Part shown: in pieces, positions 1-13,495 of the stretch
Position numbering within the stretch: position 1 is the first letter of the stretch
Layout: every line of letters starts with the position of its first letter
Assembly: GCA_031962025.1 (NCBI GenBank)
Contig: JAVRKW010000004.1
Origin: Pseudothermotoga sp.
Lineage (GTDB): Bacteria; Thermotogota; Thermotogae; Thermotogales; DSM-5069
DNA: 64,000 bases
Reading direction: 5' to 3' (one strand)
Program-made: the position numbers and the translations under genes
Notes under the pieces: model-generated
The model's database searches: none
What the model was told of the DNA's origin: nothing
Seen by the model: only the letters and a program-made list of their open reading frames with translations

Positions 1-1
1 T

Positions 2-259
2 GCAAATGCAGATTATGCGCTAAAACTCATTGAATTTGTTTCGTCACCGAAGATGCAGGCTAAGTATATCGTTGAAAGATTCAACTGGTATCCAGCGATA
101 GGTGATGATTTTGTAACACCATATCTTGCTAAGGATGTACTCGACAGAATCTACAAAGATGTTAAACAGGAAGAATTACTCAAATATGCAAAACCAATGC
201 CTTTGCTTCCTTATAAGCAAGACATGCAAGAAGCCTATGAAAAATGGGTTGAAAAGTAA
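2..259 (+). CDS. ABC transporter substrate-binding protein, C-terminal part (5'-truncated by the window)
   Basis: Frame is open from position 2 (ANADYALKLIEFVSSPKMQAK...WYPAI) and lies directly upstream of two permeases and an ATPase. Confidence 0.75.
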   Translation, partial: ANADYALKLIEFVSSPKMQAKYIVERFNWYPAIGDDFVTPYLAKDVLDRIYKDVKQEELLKYAKPMPLLPYKQDMQEAYEKWVEK

Positions 260-260
260 T

Positions 261-287
261 AGGCAGAGCCATCAGGCTCTGCCTTTT
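261..287 (+). terminator. Intercistronic stem-loop after the binding-protein gene
   Basis: AGGCAGAGCC-ATCA-GGCTCTGCCT perfect 10-bp stem followed by TTT. Confidence 0.7.
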
Positions 288-300
288 GTGGGTGAGATCT

Positions 301-1131
301 ATGAAAATGGAATTTAAGAATCGACTGATAGGTTTTTTGTTGGTTCTACCAGCTTTTTTGATCCTAGTTTTTTTGTACGTTTATCCTTTGATTCGTGCCA
401 TCTGGACGAGTTTTATAAAAGACGGACAGTTGAGTTGGGCAAACTATGAAAAGGCTTTTGAAATATATTCACGTGACATTGTTTATTCTGTTGCTATGAC
501 AACCGGGACAGTCGTGGTTGTTCTTGCTTTGAGTATTCTTTTAGCAAGTTACTTGCGTTTCAAAGAATGGAGATTTTTGGATGTGATGTACAGATTGCCT
601 TTGTTCATACCGTTTTTGATTGTTGGTCACGCAATGAGGATTTTCCTGGCACCGCACGGTACGTTGAATACCCTTCTGACAAGAATCCTTAAAATAAATG
701 AATTACCGGGCTTTTCAAGAAGCTGGATAGGACTTTTGTGGACTTTTGTATGGGTGATGACCCCTTACGCAGCTTTAATAGTTCTTGGCGCTTTCAGAGC
801 TCTTGACAATTCTTACATTGATGCTGCCAGAAATCTCGGAGCTTGCAGGGCAAAAGTTGTTTTCACAGTGATAATACCCATGTGTAGACCATCCATAATG
901 GTGGCAGCCATACTGACCTTTGTGAGAACCATAAGCAGCTTAACTATACCTGTTATGATCGGTCCGAATACCCCCAACATGATAACTGTTGATATGATGT
1001 TCAGAATCAATTTCTTCAACGACTGGGGTGTTGCGAATGCCCTGGGTGTTATCTCGTACTTAATAGTTGTCGTCCTTGCTGTGTATTATCTGAGATTCAT
1101 GGCTGCGGAACGAGGGGGTATAAAGGGATGA
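301..1131 (+). CDS. ABC transporter permease (PotB-like)
   Basis: Multiple TM segments and the EAA-like loop DAARNLGA. Confidence 0.85.
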   Translation: MKMEFKNRLIGFLLVLPAFLILVFLYVYPLIRAIWTSFIKDGQLSWANYEKAFEIYSRDIVYSVAMTTGTVVVVLALSILLASYLRFKEWRFLDVMYRLPLFIPFLIVGHAMRIFLAPHGTLNTLLTRILKINELPGFSRSWIGLLWTFVWVMTPYAALIVLGAFRALDNSYIDAARNLGACRAKVVFTVIIPMCRPSIMVAAILTFVRTISSLTIPVMIGPNTPNMITVDMMFRINFFNDWGVANALGVISYLIVVVLAVYYLRFMAAERGGIKG

Positions 1132-1934
1132 GATTTTCCATCTGGCGAATGACGTTGAAGGTAATCTTTGTCATATTCATGCTCTTGATAATGATAGGCC
1201 CACTTGTGGGAATTTTCATATGGAGTTTTGCAAGAACCTGGTACTGGCCAAGTCCACTCCCTCAGCAATTTACTTTGAGATATTGGCTTGAGGTTTTCAG
1301 GCAGGGAAGGGTTTTAAATTCACTGACTCTGAGCGTTACGATTGCCCTATTGACAGTAGCTTTTTCTATCTTGCTTGCGATCCCGGCAGCATACGGTTTT
1401 GCGAGATACAGTTTGCCTTTTGAAAGAATTCTTCTGTTGTTATTCTTGATGCCTCAAGCTTTTCCACAGCTACCTGTTTTTATAAATCTTGCAAGTATAT
1501 TTGGACGAATGGGATTAAGGGGAAACATTTGGGGAATCATACTTGCACATACGATGGCATCGTTGGTTTTCTCACTGTGGATAATAACTGCAACTTTCAA
1601 ATCTATACCTGTAGAACTTGAACAGGTTGCACAGAATCTTGGAGCAAGCAGATTCAAGACTTTCTGGACTGTAACTTTTCCAATTGCAATCCCAGGTATA
1701 ATTGCTGGAGCGATTTATGTTTTTCTCTGGTCAATGGGTGAGTTCACGGCAGCATTTTTCATAGGGGCACCATTTATTCAAACGGCTCCCGTTCTAATGT
1801 ACACCTCGAGCATGGGGTATAACCTTCAAATAGCCAGTGTGATTGCAATTATTCTGATGGTACCTTCTTTAGTCTTCATGGTGCTCATTGAAAAATTCTT
1901 GAAAGCTGAGTACATTTCCGGTTTAGGGGGTTGA
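1128..1934 (+). CDS. ABC transporter permease (PotC-like)
   Basis: TM segments, EQVAQNLGAS loop, ATGA-type overlap with the upstream gene. Confidence 0.85.
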   Translation: MRFSIWRMTLKVIFVIFMLLIMIGPLVGIFIWSFARTWYWPSPLPQQFTLRYWLEVFRQGRVLNSLTLSVTIALLTVAFSILLAIPAAYGFARYSLPFERILLLLFLMPQAFPQLPVFINLASIFGRMGLRGNIWGIILAHTMASLVFSLWIITATFKSIPVELEQVAQNLGASRFKTFWTVTFPIAIPGIIAGAIYVFLWSMGEFTAAFFIGAPFIQTAPVLMYTSSMGYNLQIASVIAIILMVPSLVFMVLIEKFLKAEYISGLGG

Positions 1935-1938
1935 AATA

Positions 1939-2973
1939 ATGGTGATTCTGCGAGCACAAAACCTGTGCAAGTCTTATGGTCAAGTTAAAGCCCTCGATAA
2001 CGTGGACATTGAAATAGAGGATGCAGAGTTACTTGCTGTTATAGGTCCAAGTGGTTCTGGAAAAACCACACTTTTGAGGTCAATAGCAGGTTTTGTTCAA
2101 TTAGATTCTGGAAAAATATTCGTGAAATCAAAAGATATTACAAACCTTCCTCCAGAAAGAAGAAATGTGGCAATGTTTTTTCAAAACTACGCTTTGTGGC
2201 CCCATATGACAGTTTTTGAAAATGTGGCTTATGGTTTGAAAATAAGAAAATACGACAAGAAAACAATACAGGAAAAAGTCGAATGGGCGCTGGACTTTCT
2301 GGATATAAAACCACTGGCTGAAAGAAAGCCAAACCAGCTTTCCGGTGGTCAGCAACAACGTGTGGCTCTGGCAAGGGCAATCGTTGTACAGCCAGATGTA
2401 TTGTTACTGGATGAACCTTTATCCAATCTTGATGCCAAAATCAGGATGAGAATAAGGTTTGAATTGAAAACCCTGCAAAAAAAATTGAAAATACCCACAC
2501 TGTATGTTACTCACGATCAGGAAGAGGCTATAAGTATAGCTGACAAGATAGCCATAATGCATAACGGGAAAGTACTTCAAATCGGTACACCGCAGCAGGT
2601 GTATGAGAACCCTGTTGATCTCTTTGTTGCTGATTTCATAGGTGTGAACAGCATGCTCAGAGTCAAACCTTCAGCAGAAGGTGTTGTAAAGATTGGCAAT
2701 CTGAAGTTCCAATCTAAACAGGATGTGACACATGTCGTCATAAGAGCCGAAGAAGCGAAGGTTCTTCCAGTTCAGCAACATATTGTCATGAATGAAGATG
2801 ACCTTAGACTGGAAGGTACTGTGATTGGAAAGCTGTATCTTGGTTCCAAGTATCGTTATGAAATCAGGGTACAGGACATAGAAGAAGTACTTTTCATAAA
2901 CAGTGAAGAGGCATTTGAGATAAACCAGCAAGTACAAATAATAGCCCGTAAAGGCAGTTTCTTTGTTTATTGA
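1939..2973 (+). CDS. ABC transporter ATP-binding protein (PotA/MalK family)
   Basis: Walker A GPSGSGKT, LSGGQQQR signature, LLLDEPLSNLD, C-terminal TOBE-like region. Confidence 0.92.
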   Translation: MVILRAQNLCKSYGQVKALDNVDIEIEDAELLAVIGPSGSGKTTLLRSIAGFVQLDSGKIFVKSKDITNLPPERRNVAMFFQNYALWPHMTVFENVAYGLKIRKYDKKTIQEKVEWALDFLDIKPLAERKPNQLSGGQQQRVALARAIVVQPDVLLLDEPLSNLDAKIRMRIRFELKTLQKKLKIPTLYVTHDQEEAISIADKIAIMHNGKVLQIGTPQQVYENPVDLFVADFIGVNSMLRVKPSAEGVVKIGNLKFQSKQDVTHVVIRAEEAKVLPVQQHIVMNEDDLRLEGTVIGKLYLGSKYRYEIRVQDIEEVLFINSEEAFEINQQVQIIARKGSFFVY

Positions 2974-3016
2974 TTTTGTTTATTTGATAGTGATGTTGCT
3001 TTTCTGGCTCTTTCGC

Positions 3017-4276
3017 TTAGTTTTCCTGTGCTTCACCTCTTTTGACGAATCTCATTGTTAAAAACGACAGAACAATAAAGACTATCGAAAAGACCATCAA
3101 AGATGGGTATCCAACTGTGTCGATGAAGATGCCCGCTAAAGGCGGTGCGAATATATTTGCAGCCATCGAGAAAAAGTAATACAAACCGGTGTATCCACCG
3201 GTTTTTTCTGCTTTTGTCATGTCCACAACCATTGGCAGTGAATTGACATTTACCAGTGCCCAGCCGATGCCGCTGATTGCAAACAGCACGAAGAACATCG
3301 AGAGTAGAATGGATTTGTTCTGAAAGATAGCTGACAATATGAGAACTATCAAAAGACATGATATCAGTGTGAGCAGTCCTATGCTTATGGCTTTTTTTCT
3401 TGAAATCTTAGAGCCAATCATACCTGCCGGTATTGAAAACAACATGAAAGTCAAAGAAAATACCCCAAGAACAAGAGCACCGGTACTCTCAGATATGCCC
3501 AGGTAAAACTTGGCATAGCTTGTGAAGAAAGTTTCCAGTGCATTGAATCCTATGAACCAGAATAGTATAGACAGCAAAATGAACAGTAAACTCTTCTCTT
3601 TTGAGAAAAATGCCTCTTTTAGATTGTAGATGAGCTCTCTGTTTCCTTTTTTCACGGTCTCAAAAACATTTAGTCCGTCCTGAGATATGGTGTATTCTTT
3701 TGGTTCTCTTATGAATAAAATGACGAGGATGTTTGCTAAAAGCATTAATGCGCCACCGACAAAAAATGGGTAGGAATAATTTGCATCATAAAGCGGTTTT
3801 CCGGCGAAATAAGCCAGCAATGCGCCAAACCCACCCATGAAGTTGATGATTCCATTCGCCTGGCTTCTGTACTTTGAAGGAGTTATGTCTGGCATCAGTG
3901 CTATAACAGGAGATCTAAAAAGAGCCATTGAAAAGTTCATCAGAATGATCACTGTCATCATAAGCGAAAGAGATTTCATATCACGCATAAGTGGTATTAG
4001 GCAGAAAAACAGAGCGCCCAAAGGTGCACCGACCAGGATGTATGGTTTTCTTCTGCCCAATCTTGTACGTGTTTGATCACTGAGTGTACCAATGTATGGA
4101 AGCATCACGATCGCAAAAATATTGTCGATGGTCATAACTATGCCTATTACGAAGGAGGACAAAGCAAAATCTTTCAGAAAAATTGGAACATAAGCGTTGT
4201 AAAGGGGCCAAAGAACACTTATTCCAAAAAAACCAAAGCCGAGCAAAAAGACGTTTTTGTAGCTGAACTTTGTCAT
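3017..4276 (-). CDS. MFS transporter (SLC45/GPH sugar:cation symporter-like)
   Basis: About 12 TM segments; SDQTRTRLGRRKPY loop; ALMPDITP motif. Confidence 0.85.
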   Translation of the reverse strand: MTKFSYKNVFLLGFGFFGISVLWPLYNAYVPIFLKDFALSSFVIGIVMTIDNIFAIVMLPYIGTLSDQTRTRLGRRKPYILVGAPLGALFFCLIPLMRDMKSLSLMMTVIILMNFSMALFRSPVIALMPDITPSKYRSQANGIINFMGGFGALLAYFAGKPLYDANYSYPFFVGGALMLLANILVILFIREPKEYTISQDGLNVFETVKKGNRELIYNLKEAFFSKEKSLLFILLSILFWFIGFNALETFFTSYAKFYLGISESTGALVLGVFSLTFMLFSIPAGMIGSKISRKKAISIGLLTLISCLLIVLILSAIFQNKSILLSMFFVLFAISGIGWALVNVNSLPMVVDMTKAEKTGGYTGLYYFFSMAANIFAPPLAGIFIDTVGYPSLMVFSIVFIVLSFLTMRFVKRGEAQEN

Positions 4277-4287
4277 GTTTTCCCCTC

Positions 4288-5040
4288 CTATAGTATTATT
4301 CTATCAAGATCCTTTGGTATTAAAATCTCACCGAGAAAATACTGTTTCAGCTCGCTAATCAACTGTGTTTCATTGTTGTCTATCTCTGGACCTACGTGAA
4401 CAAGACAAAGCACCTTTACATTTGATAGCTGTGCGAGTCTTGCGGCATCTTCAGCACATGTGTGACCCTCTGTTCTTTTTGAATACAGATAACTGCAGGT
4501 CGACTCGTGTATCAAAAGATCCGCGTTCATAAACAGATGAACGAGGTTTTCACATGGCTCAGTATCGCTTGTATAAACTGCTGTTGATTTATGAGATTTG
4601 ATTTTCAGACCAAAGTTGGGGACAGAGTGCTTTACAGGGAATACCTCAACGGATATCTTTGAGTTTTCAATCAAGATGTGATTTTCATATTTGACAGCTT
4701 TTAGCTCAATTTCAAAACCGTTGTTTTGATGTAAAAGGTCATGCATTTGAAGATAGGTTCTTGCCAGTTCGTAAAAGTACTCACCAACATAAATCTTTAT
4801 CGGGTTTTTTCTTCCTGAAAGCCTGAGCATCTCAATTAACGAAGGTAAACCGTAAATGTGATCCACATGTCCGTGGGTTATTATTATGCTCTGGAGTTTT
4901 AAAGGATCATACCCAATTTTTCTCATCTTTCCAAACACATTACCCGGACAATCTATGAGAAAATCGTTCACAAGAAGCGATGTGTTGTCTCTATTAGACG
5001 TTGAGATAGCTGCCGATGTGCCAAGAAAGACTATTCTCAA
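4288..5040 (-). CDS. Metallo-beta-lactamase-fold hydrolase, RNase Z family
   Basis: FLGTSAA, DCP, THGHVDH, YTSDT, HEST and GHT motifs; TTG start 6 nt after GGAGGA. Confidence 0.8.
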   Translation of the reverse strand: MRIVFLGTSAAISTSNRDNTSLLVNDFLIDCPGNVFGKMRKIGYDPLKLQSIIITHGHVDHIYGLPSLIEMLRLSGRKNPIKIYVGEYFYELARTYLQMHDLLHQNNGFEIELKAVKYENHILIENSKISVEVFPVKHSVPNFGLKIKSHKSTAVYTSDTEPCENLVHLFMNADLLIHESTCSYLYSKRTEGHTCAEDAARLAQLSNVKVLCLVHVGPEIDNNETQLISELKQYFLGEILIPKDLDRIIL

Positions 5041-5125
5041 ATACATTCCTCCCATCAAAATTATATTCGAAAAGTTCTTTGAGTTGTGATAATATTTGAT
5101 CCAAGATCTGAGTGGGGGTGAGTTT

Positions 5126-5929
5126 ATGCTGAAGGGGTTCAATGGCGCTACATCCATGAAGCATGATCTTTTCAGCGATATTGTTTGGGCAAGTGATGCA
5201 GGATTTGATGTACTTGAGATCTGGAAAACAAAGTTATTCGATGCTATAAAACACCACAGTGTAGAAGATATTGCCAGAGAATTTGTGAAATACGGCATCG
5301 AGCCCTATACGATCAATTCACTTGAACAGGCTACTTTTTGCAAAGACTTCAAAGAAAAACTCCAGGAATGTGAGATGCTCTGCGCACTTGCCCAGGATGT
5401 AAAAGCCGGGATTTTGATCGTTGTTCCGGGTTTTATTGAAGAAAAACTGCCGGAGAGTGAGGTGAAAAGGGAAACTATCAACGCTCTGAAAGAGTTTTCA
5501 AAATTGGCAGATCGCTATCAGATCAGGCTTGCTTTTGAATTTCTCGGGTTTAAGAACTGTTCTGTTAACAAGCTGAACACAGCAAGGGAAATAATCAAAG
5601 CCTTGGATCGTAAGAATGTGGGTCTTGTGATCGATACCTGTCACTTTTTTGCCGGTGGATCAACCCTTGAAGATTTGGAGCAAACAGACCCTGAGGATAT
5701 ATTCATAGTGCACATCAACGATCTTTTAGAGATCAAAGAAGAAGTTCAAGATTCAGACAGAGTCATGCCGACAGATGGGATACTGCCGCTGAGTGATTTT
5801 ATCAGAACACTGAGAAAAATTGGATATAGTAAAGTGATCAGTGTAGAACTTTTCAACGAGCAGTACTGGAAAATGGATGCGAAGAAGATTGCGCAGATCT
5901 GTTATGAAAAACTCTCAAAATTGTTGTGA
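5126..5929 (+). CDS. Sugar phosphate isomerase/epimerase (xylose-isomerase-like TIM barrel, IolI-like)
   Basis: LAFEFLG, DTCHF, VHIND, DRVMP and SVELF metal-binding motifs. Confidence 0.8.
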   Translation: MLKGFNGATSMKHDLFSDIVWASDAGFDVLEIWKTKLFDAIKHHSVEDIAREFVKYGIEPYTINSLEQATFCKDFKEKLQECEMLCALAQDVKAGILIVVPGFIEEKLPESEVKRETINALKEFSKLADRYQIRLAFEFLGFKNCSVNKLNTAREIIKALDRKNVGLVIDTCHFFAGGSTLEDLEQTDPEDIFIVHINDLLEIKEEVQDSDRVMPTDGILPLSDFIRTLRKIGYSKVISVELFNEQYWKMDAKKIAQICYEKLSKLL

Positions 5930-5934
5930 ACTTT

Positions 5935-5961
5935 AAAAAATGCCGGAGCTTGAGCTCCGGC
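5935..5961 (-). terminator. Intrinsic terminator of the vor/buk operon
   Basis: GCCGGAGCT-TG-AGCTCCGGC hairpin followed on the minus strand by ATTTTTT. Confidence 0.7.
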
Positions 5962-5978
5962 CAATGGGTGGGTCTATC

Positions 5979-6518
5979 TCATCCGCCTACGTGTTTTACA
6001 CCTTCATAGATGGCTTTGATATTAATATCGATGATCTCAGAACTTCTGGATGAAAGTTTATATTTCATGGCTTCAATCAGAGAATCTATGCTCACGCATT
6101 TTGTTATCTGAACAAAGCTGCCGAGCATCACCATATTCGCAACCTTGGGATTTCCAAGTTTTTCTGCAATGTCATTTGCAGGTATCTCATACACTTTGAT
6201 ATCGGATCTTTGAGGTTTTCTGTCCACGACCGAGACATTGATGAACAGATAACCGTCTTTTTTGACTTTCGGTTCGAATTTCAAAAGTGAAGGTATGTTC
6301 ATCGCAACAACTTCTGTTGGTAACTCAATAACAGGTGAGGCTACAGGCTCTTCACTCACAACCACCGTGCAGTTTGCAGTTCCTCCACGCATCTCAGGAC
6401 CATAGGATGGGAACCACGTCACATACTTGTTTTCATTCATACCCGCCTGGGCAAGGACCTGACCCATCAACATAACTCCCTGTCCGCCAAAACCGGCAAA
6501 AATTATACTGTGTGTCAT
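5979..6518 (-). CDS. 2-oxoacid:ferredoxin oxidoreductase gamma subunit
   Basis: AGFGGQG, SYGPEMRGGTANC, ANMVMLG. Confidence 0.92.
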   Translation of the reverse strand: MTHSIIFAGFGGQGVMLMGQVLAQAGMNENKYVTWFPSYGPEMRGGTANCTVVVSEEPVASPVIELPTEVVAMNIPSLLKFEPKVKKDGYLFINVSVVDRKPQRSDIKVYEIPANDIAEKLGNPKVANMVMLGSFVQITKCVSIDSLIEAMKYKLSSRSSEIIDINIKAIYEGVKHVGG

Positions 6519-7276
6519 TTGTCCTCACCAACCTTATCCACAAAGACACCAAGAGGATATTCTGCCACCATATTCTGCTCAAGCCACTGCATGGCTTTAA
6601 TAGGAGGCATACCCCAGTTTGTTGGACAGGTTGACAAAACTTCAACAAGCCCATAACCCAGATTTCTCGTCTGGGCTAAGAAAGCCTTCTTGATGTATTT
6701 CTTTGTTGTCAGAACATCTTTTGGTGTAGTTACTTTTGTCCGTGCCAAGAAAGCAACTCCTTTGAGTTCCTTCAATATCTCGCATATGTGCACGGGATAG
6801 CCTTCTTTTTCCGGTGATCTGCCGTATGGAGAGGTTGTGGTTTTCATACCGAGTAGAGTTGTGGGAGCCATCTGTCCACCTGTCATGCCGTATATCGCGT
6901 TGTTTATGAATATCGTTGTTACTCTCTCTCCTCTGTTTGCCGTGTGAATTGTTTCTGCTGTTCCGATCGCCGCCAGATCGCCATCACCCTGGTATGTGAA
7001 AACCACAAGATCAGGTCTTGCGCGTTTCATACCCGTTGCTACCGCTGTAGCTCTTCCATGTGGAGCGACTGTCCCATCGAGGTTGAAAAACTCATAAGCG
7101 AAAACCGAACAACCCACAGGCGCGACTATTATTGTTTTTTCTCTTATTCCAAGCTCGTCTATTACTTCTGCAATCAATCTGTGCACAATTCCATGATGAC
7201 ATCCAGGGCAGTATGTAAAAGGTTTTTTACTCAAAGAATCAGGCATTTTATAGATTGTTTTGAACTCCATTTTCAT
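6515..7276 (-). CDS. 2-oxoacid (2-ketoisovalerate-type):ferredoxin oxidoreductase beta subunit, TPP-binding
   Basis: YCPGCHH, PVGC, GDGD...NNAIYGMTGGQ, STCPTNW. Confidence 0.92.
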   Translation of the reverse strand: MKMEFKTIYKMPDSLSKKPFTYCPGCHHGIVHRLIAEVIDELGIREKTIIVAPVGCSVFAYEFFNLDGTVAPHGRATAVATGMKRARPDLVVFTYQGDGDLAAIGTAETIHTANRGERVTTIFINNAIYGMTGGQMAPTTLLGMKTTTSPYGRSPEKEGYPVHICEILKELKGVAFLARTKVTTPKDVLTTKKYIKKAFLAQTRNLGYGLVEVLSTCPTNWGMPPIKAMQWLEQNMVAEYPLGVFVDKVGEDK

Positions 7277-7282
7277 TGCCCC

Positions 7283-8335
7283 CTAAATTAGACTTTTCAG
7301 GTGAGTGAAAATTTCCTCTGGTGTTGGAACAACTCCTGCCATTCTTCCATAAAACTCTATCCTGACTTTTCCACAAATCGCGAGTTTGACATCCTCAAGC
7401 ATCTGACCTGAACTCATTTCAACGGTCATAACCATGGATGTTTTTTCTGCAGCTTTTGCCAGTGCATCGTAGGGATATGGGTATAAGGTGATTGGTCTGA
7501 ACAAACCGACTTTTAGACCCTCTTCTCTTGCCATTTTTACAACACTTTTTGCGATTCTTCCAACCGTTCCATGTGCAACGATTAAGATATCTGCATCCTG
7601 TGTCTGAAATTGTTCGTATCGAACTTCTTTTTCCTCTATCTGTCGGTATTTTTTTTGCAGTTCTATGTTCATTTTTTCAAGACCGTACGGGTCTATGTTG
7701 AATGAGGTTACCTGCCTGGGTGGTCTGTTCTCTGCACCGGTTAGTGCCCAGCTGCTGTTGTCGTAGGTTGCTTCTTTTTCTTCAAAAGCGACTGGTTCCA
7801 TCATCTGCCCGAGCAAGCCATCCGCAAAGATCAGCACGGGATTTCTGTATTTATCAGCCAGATCAAAGGCAAGTGTTGTGAGTTCTACAGCTTCCTGAAC
7901 AGTTGAAGGCGAAAGGACAATCAATCTGTAATCACCGTGCCCGCCGCCTTTTGTCGCCTGAAAGTAATCTCCCTGGGATGGCTGGATATCGCCCAGACCG
8001 GGTCCTCCACGAACCACATTCACAAAAACAGCAGGCAGTTGAGCACACGCGATGTAAGAAACACCTTCCTGCATCAAACTGAAACCAGGAGATGATGTAG
8101 AGGTCATAACGCGCTTTCCAACACTTGAAGCACCATATATCATGTTAACGGCTGCCACTTCACTCTCTGCTTGTAGAAAACTGCCACCAACTTCCGGCAG
8201 ACGGCGAGCCATGTATTCTGTCAATTCACTCTGCGGTGTAATTGGATAGCCAAAGTAATTACGGCATCCAGCTTTTATAGCGGCTTCTCCTATTGCTTCG
8301 ACGCCTTTCATCATGACTTTTTTCATTCTCATCAC
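7283..8335 (-). CDS. 2-oxoacid (2-ketoisovalerate-type):ferredoxin oxidoreductase alpha subunit
   Basis: GYPITPQ, QAESEVAA, TSSPGFSLMQE, RGGPGLG. Confidence 0.92.
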   Translation of the reverse strand: MMRMKKVMMKGVEAIGEAAIKAGCRNYFGYPITPQSELTEYMARRLPEVGGSFLQAESEVAAVNMIYGASSVGKRVMTSTSSPGFSLMQEGVSYIACAQLPAVFVNVVRGGPGLGDIQPSQGDYFQATKGGGHGDYRLIVLSPSTVQEAVELTTLAFDLADKYRNPVLIFADGLLGQMMEPVAFEEKEATYDNSSWALTGAENRPPRQVTSFNIDPYGLEKMNIELQKKYRQIEEKEVRYEQFQTQDADILIVAHGTVGRIAKSVVKMAREEGLKVGLFRPITLYPYPYDALAKAAEKTSMVMTVEMSSGQMLEDVKLAICGKVRIEFYGRMAGVVPTPEEIFTHLKSLI

Positions 8336-8558
8336 CTCACAGGTTGTGCGGCTTTAAAAACAGTTATACAGGTGTCAGGACACATCATGTAGCAAAAGCC
8401 GCAACCGGTACATTTCTCATCTGGGTCGTACTGTTCTGCGGGATGATATCCCTTTGAATTGAATTTGTCTGAAAATCTTATTATCTTCTGTGGACAGGCA
8501 TTTATGCACAGCCCACATCCTTTACACCTTTCAGCATCAATCTGTATATATGCTTTTC

Positions 8559-8562
<4 letters not shown>
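8332..8562 (-). CDS. 2x[4Fe-4S] ferredoxin (oxidoreductase delta subunit)
   Basis: CKGCGLCINACP and CTGCGFCYMMCP. Confidence 0.92.
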
Positions 8563-11181
<2,619 letters not shown>

Positions 11182-11189
<8 letters not shown>

Positions 11190-12255
11190 TTAGACCACCC
11201 CATATCTTTGGAGTTTCTTCGCCCTTGAGAATTCTCAAGGCACCTGATGCGAGTGCTTCCATTTCAAATTCACCTGGTACAACAAAGATGGGAGCGAATT
11301 TGTACACGTAGCTTTTTATCCTGTTCACGAAATCGGTACTGTGTGACATTCCACCGGTGAGAACTATCGCATCCACATTACCGCATAGAACAGCACACAT
11401 GCCACCAATTTCTTTCGCTATTTGATAAGCCATTGCCTGAACAACCAGATCTGCTTTTTTATCTGTCTGCGCCATCTTTAGTATTTCTCTCAGGTCGTTT
11501 GTTCCAAAATAGGCAACGAGTCCTCCTTTTCCAATGAATTTCTTTTTGAGCTCGTCTTTTTTGTATTTTCCCGAAAAACACATCCTTGCCACATCACCTA
11601 CCGGCAGTTCACCTGTTCTTTCAGGACTGAATGGACCTTCATCGTTTGCGTTGTTCACATCGATGATCCTGCCCTTCTTTATGGCTGCGACAGAGATTCC
11701 ACCGCCAAGGTGCACTGCAACCAGGTTTAATTCTTCGTATTTTTTGTTGAGCTCAAAAGCCACTTTTCTACAGACGGCTTTGATGTTCAGAGCGTGCAGT
11801 AAACTCTTCCTTTCTATCTCAGGTATTCCTGAAAATCTCGCTTCTGGAATCATTTCATCAACGGAAACCGGATCTGTTATATAAACAGGTATTTTTCCAT
11901 CGGCAAGTTCGTACGCTATCACTGCCGCAAGGTTTGAAACGTGCTTGACTGGAGATGAATATTTCAGGTAGTGAACCATCCTTTCGTCAACAATGTAAGT
12001 GCCACTTTCAACTGGTGGTAATATTCCTCCACGCGCTGCAATGGCTGAAAAATCAGATTTTTTAAATCCATGTTTTTCAAGAAAGCTGATTATATTATTT
12101 TTTCTAAACTCGAGCTGATCCATCAAATCTGGATGTTTATCCAGATCATCAACGCTGTGCTCGACTTTTTCAGAAAGCACGCATTTCTCATCTTCATATA
12201 CGGCTATTTTTGTCGAAGTCGATCCAGGGTTTATCACCAAAATCCTGTGCATCAT
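11182..12255 (-). CDS. buk: Butyrate kinase, second paralogue
   Basis: [43 protein letters not shown]. Confidence 0.93.
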
Positions 12256-12256
12256 G

Positions 12257-13495
12257 TCACAACCCCTTAAAAGCCCTGTATTTGTCAAAAGCGTCTTTCA
12301 ACCTTTTTACACCCTCGTAGATGTCTTCTATCGGTGGCAGGCAGAAGGACATTCTCATCGAAGAAGAAGGTTGATCGTACGGTCTGAAAGCCTCACCTGG
12401 TATGTAGAAAACTTTGTTTTGTTCTGCGAATTTGAACATTTCCATCGTGTCATATTGTTCTGGCAGTGTGAACCAGACGAAAAGTCCACCATCCGGATTG
12501 GTCCATTTCGCTCCTGAAAGATCAGCAAAGTTTTCCTCGAGTGCTTTTACCATTGCATCCTTTTTCTGTCTGTACAGGTCAATCGCCGGCTTTATCTGTT
12601 CAAGTATGTCGTATCTTTCAAGATATCTTGCAGCAAGTCTCATCGTCAAAGATGGGCTACACAGATCACTACCCTGCTTTGCAAGTACCAGTTTTCTGAT
12701 GATTGACTTTTCGGCTACAACCATACCAATTCTCAAGCCGGGGCATAGAATTTTGCTGAAAGTATTTAAAAGTATCACTCTTTCGATTCCACCAATCTTC
12801 ATCAGTGAAGGAACAAATTCACCTTTAAATCTCAGCACGCCGTATGGATCATCCTCGACTATCAATAGATCGTATTTCTCAGCGATCTGGACGATGGCTT
12901 TTCTTTTTTCGAGACTGGTTGTGATTCCCGATGGATTTTGAAAGTTTGAGACTAAGTATATGAATTTTAGATATCTTATCTGGCCAGATTGTTCCAGATC
13001 TTTTATTTTCTGCTCAATCATATTTATATCCGGTCCATCATCTTCGAATTTGACAACCAAAAACTGTGGATCTCTCATTCTAAAAGCACTCAATGCACCC
13101 AGGTATTCTGGATCTCCGACAAGCACATAGTCACCGGGATCGAGTAAAACTTTTCCGACAAGCTCCAGTGCCTGTTGTGATCCGACTGTTATGAGAATAT
13201 TTTCTGTAGAAAGATTGTCTATTCCATAGACCCTTTTCAACAAAATCAATATCTGTTTTAAAAGCTCTGGATCACCTTCGGTTACGGAGTATTGGAGTGT
13301 GTATCTGTACTCTTTTTCGACGATTTCTGAAGCGATCTGGGCAAGTTCATGTCTTGGAAAGGTTTCCGGGTCTGGGGTACCACCGCCAAAGGAAATAGCG
13401 CCCGGGACATTTGCATACTTGAGCAGTTCTCGTATCATCGACGATTTGAGTTTGCCTGCAAGTTTTGAAAATTGGTATTGCGAGCTTTTCATCAA
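12257..13495 (-). CDS. PLP-dependent class I aminotransferase (aromatic/2-aminoadipate/branched-chain type)
   Basis: SSMIRELLK, FQNPSG, EDDPYG, TFSKILCPGLRIG. Confidence 0.9.
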   Translation of the reverse strand: MMKSSQYQFSKLAGKLKSSMIRELLKYANVPGAISFGGGTPDPETFPRHELAQIASEIVEKEYRYTLQYSVTEGDPELLKQILILLKRVYGIDNLSTENILITVGSQQALELVGKVLLDPGDYVLVGDPEYLGALSAFRMRDPQFLVVKFEDDGPDINMIEQKIKDLEQSGQIRYLKFIYLVSNFQNPSGITTSLEKRKAIVQIAEKYDLLIVEDDPYGVLRFKGEFVPSLMKIGGIERVILLNTFSKILCPGLRIGMVVAEKSIIRKLVLAKQGSDLCSPSLTMRLAARYLERYDILEQIKPAIDLYRQKKDAMVKALEENFADLSGAKWTNPDGGLFVWFTLPEQYDTMEMFKFAEQNKVFYIPGEAFRPYDQPSSSMRMSFCLPPIEDIYEGVKRLKDAFDKYRAFKGL